Assembly: GCA_963675595.2 (NCBI GenBank)
Contig: CAXXLZ010000002.1
Span: forward strand, 480,001-544,000
DNA from: Thermodesulfobacteriota bacterium
GTDB taxonomy: Bacteria > Desulfobacterota > Desulfarculia > JACQYL01
Direction of reading: 5' to 3'
DNA length: 64,000 nucleotides
The translations under genes and the position numbers were made by a program. The notes beneath the pieces are model-generated. The model saw only the letters and a program-made list of their open reading frames with translations. It ran no database searches and was not told the origin of the DNA. Below, piece after piece: positions 62,021 to 64,000 of the stretch. Numbering within the stretch: the stretch's first letter is position 1; every line of letters begins with the position of its first letter.

Positions 62021-62169
62021 AGAGGCGTTCGGATTCCTCTCGCGAGGAGACGGGTACTCGAACGCGGCCCGCCGGGAACCGCTTCGGCGCAGACCGTCGG
62101 GAGCGACGCTGCCGTCCGGCAATGCGCCGGCGGTGCGCCCCGATCCATACACCAATTGAGGAGAACATC

Positions 62170-63447
62170 ATGAGTGAAGACTATCGTTCCATGTGGGCGG
62201 ACCTGGGTTTGGACCTCGCGGCCCACGACGCCTTGCTGGGCGTGTTGGGACAAGCCTACGGGGACCTCTATCTGTCGCAAAAAGACCGCCCGGAAGGAAT
62301 GGGCTACTTCGACTTCGTCATGAGTGAAGTCCACGGCCTCCGCATCAAGGAACTTCTGGATGAGAAGAAAGCGGGCCGCAAGATCATCGGCTCCTACTGC
62401 GTGTTCGTACCCGAAGAAATCGTGCTGGCGGCCAACGCCACCCTGGTGGGACTTTGTTCCGGCGCCGATTTCGCCATGGAGGAAGTGGAAAAGCTGCTCC
62501 CCCGCAACACCTGCGCCCTGATCAAGTCGTCCTTCGGTTTCAAACTCGGCAAGGTCTGTCCCTACTTGGAAAGCGCGGACATGATCGTGGGCGAGAACAC
62601 CTGCGACGGAAAAAAGAAAGCCTACGAATCCCTGGGCAAACTGGTGGATCATCTGTACGTCATGGACCTGCCCCAGGTAAAATCCGACCAGGGTCGCGCC
62701 CTGTTGAAGGCTGAATATCAACGCTTCAAAGCGGCCGCGGAAGCCCTCACCGGCTCCCCCATCACCACGGAATCCCTGAAGGAGGGGATTCGCACGGTGA
62801 ACGCCAAGCGGGCGGCCGTACATCGCCTTTCCACTCTGCGCAAGGCGGACCCGGCCCCCATTTCGGGTCTGGACGCCCTCCTGGTCAACCAGGTGTTCTT
62901 CTACGACAATCCGGCTCGATTCACCGAATCCGTGAACAAGATCTGCGATGAACTGGAAAAGCGCATCGCAGACAAAAAGGGCGTCTTCCCGGAAAAGACG
63001 CCCCGACTCCTGGTTTCGGGCTGCCCCCAAGCGGTGCCCAATTGGAAACTCCCCTATATCGTGGAAACCTCGGGCGCGGTCATCGTGGGTGAAGAATCCT
63101 GTGTGGGGGAACGCGGTACCCGCAACCTCACCGACGAATCAGGCGAAACCGTGGAAGACATGATGGAAGCCATTGTGGACCGTTACTACAAAGTGGATTG
63201 CGCCATCTTCACCCCCAATCCGGACCGCCTGGAACACATCCGGGAAATGTTCTCCGAATACAAGGCCGACGGAGTGATCCACTACGGCCTCCAGTTCTGC
63301 CAACCCTATCTCATGGAATCCATCCCGGTGGAAAACGCCCTGGAAGACGGCAACATCCCCACGCTGCGCCTGGAAACCGACTACAGCATGGAAGACGTGG
63401 GCCAACTCAAAACCCGAATCGAAGCCTTTATCGAGCAATTACGGTAG
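62170..63447 (+). CDS. Double-cubane-cluster anaerobic reductase (2-hydroxyacyl-CoA dehydratase-like)
   Basis: 425 aa; W..LGLDL..HD.L, GSYCVFVPEE, GLCSG, NTCALIKS, TCDGKKK, EESCVG, DCAIF, FCQPY. Confidence 0.88.
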   Translation: MSEDYRSMWADLGLDLAAHDALLGVLGQAYGDLYLSQKDRPEGMGYFDFVMSEVHGLRIKELLDEKKAGRKIIGSYCVFVPEEIVLAANATLVGLCSGADFAMEEVEKLLPRNTCALIKSSFGFKLGKVCPYLESADMIVGENTCDGKKKAYESLGKLVDHLYVMDLPQVKSDQGRALLKAEYQRFKAAAEALTGSPITTESLKEGIRTVNAKRAAVHRLSTLRKADPAPISGLDALLVNQVFFYDNPARFTESVNKICDELEKRIADKKGVFPEKTPRLLVSGCPQAVPNWKLPYIVETSGAVIVGEESCVGERGTRNLTDESGETVEDMMEAIVDRYYKVDCAIFTPNPDRLEHIREMFSEYKADGVIHYGLQFCQPYLMESIPVENALEDGNIPTLRLETDYSMEDVGQLKTRIEAFIEQLR

Positions 63448-63469
63448 GGACTGCAGAGACTCCGGGGTC

Positions 63470-63548
63470 CTCCGCCGAAGGCGGGCGACCCCGCTCAAAA
63501 AGTTTGGGGAGGGGCTTGGGGAACCCTTTTTCAAAAGGGTTCCCCAAC
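63470..63548. repeat. Family B partial copy
   Basis: CTCCGCCGAAGGCGG hairpin plus TTTGGGAGGGGCTTGGGGAACCCTTTTTCAAAAGGGTTCCCC. Confidence 0.6.
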
Positions 63549-63579
63549 AAACGATAACGAAGCATCTCTTCAGGAGTGC

Positions 63580-64000
63580 ATGTTGACCACACGTTTTGCC
63601 GGAATCGACATCGGTTCGCGCACCATCGAACTGGTGGTGGTGGACGAAGCGGGAACAATCCTCGAAGGCCGCCGGGCGGACACGGGGTTCGACCCGGTGT
63701 CGGAGGCGGAAAACCTGGTCCGTGAGACGTCTTTCGACCGCATCATGGCCACCGGGTACGGCCGCAGTCTTTTCGAAATCTCTTTCGACGCGCCCACGGT
63801 CACGGAGATCAAGGCGCACGCCAGAGGCGCACGCGCCTACTTTCCCGAGGCGCGAACCGTGCTGGACATCGGGGGCCAGGACAGCAAGGCCATCGCCCTG
63901 TTTGACACGGGCAAGGTCAGGAAATTCGAAATGAACGACCGCTGCGCCGCCGGCACGGGAAAATTCCTGGAAATCATGGCCCGCACCCTGGGTTATGACA
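63580..64000 (+). CDS. ATP-dependent activase (HgdC/DCCP-R type), truncated by window end
   Basis: AGGAG RBS; GIDIGSRT, ATGYGR, TEIKAHA, LDIGGQDSK, MNDRCAAGTGKFLE. Confidence 0.93.
   Translation, partial: MLTTRFAGIDIGSRTIELVVVDEAGTILEGRRADTGFDPVSEAENLVRETSFDRIMATGYGRSLFEISFDAPTVTEIKAHARGARAYFPEARTVLDIGGQDSKAIALFDTGKVRKFEMNDRCAAGTGKFLEIMARTLGYD

Overview
GC-rich bacterial chromosome segment whose gene content and order (rpsU-yqeY-mutS2-dnaG-rpoD-tRNA(CAT)-nif3-Zn ribbon-rnpB-ispD-ispF-gltX-cysS-uvrB, a double-cubane reductase, DUF362) fit an anaerobic deltaproteobacterium (Desulfobacterota-like; inferred, not proven). From left to right it holds: an exported S10 carboxypeptidase; an acetate-type cluster (acs divergent from an SSS transporter, a 28-aa micro-ORF, a 77-aa membrane protein, an SLC5-fused histidine kinase, a stand-alone receiver and a membrane-anchored DEDDh nuclease); cobO and a Kef antiporter; a complete TonB2-like operon with Pho-box-like repeats; a housekeeping core; an MNT-HEPN toxin-antitoxin pair whose toxin is split by a MITE carrying an IS186-like element; and accessory redox, phosphatase and signalling genes. 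Two families of structured intergenic repeats recur. The best candidate for a new system is the signalling module whose output is a nuclease carrying a His-less copy of its partner kinase's DHp helix. Other highlights are an apparently circularly permuted beta-helix protein, the nested insertion in the toxin gene and a probable +1 frameshift extension of the transposase. All calls come from motif reading by eye; no database searches were run.
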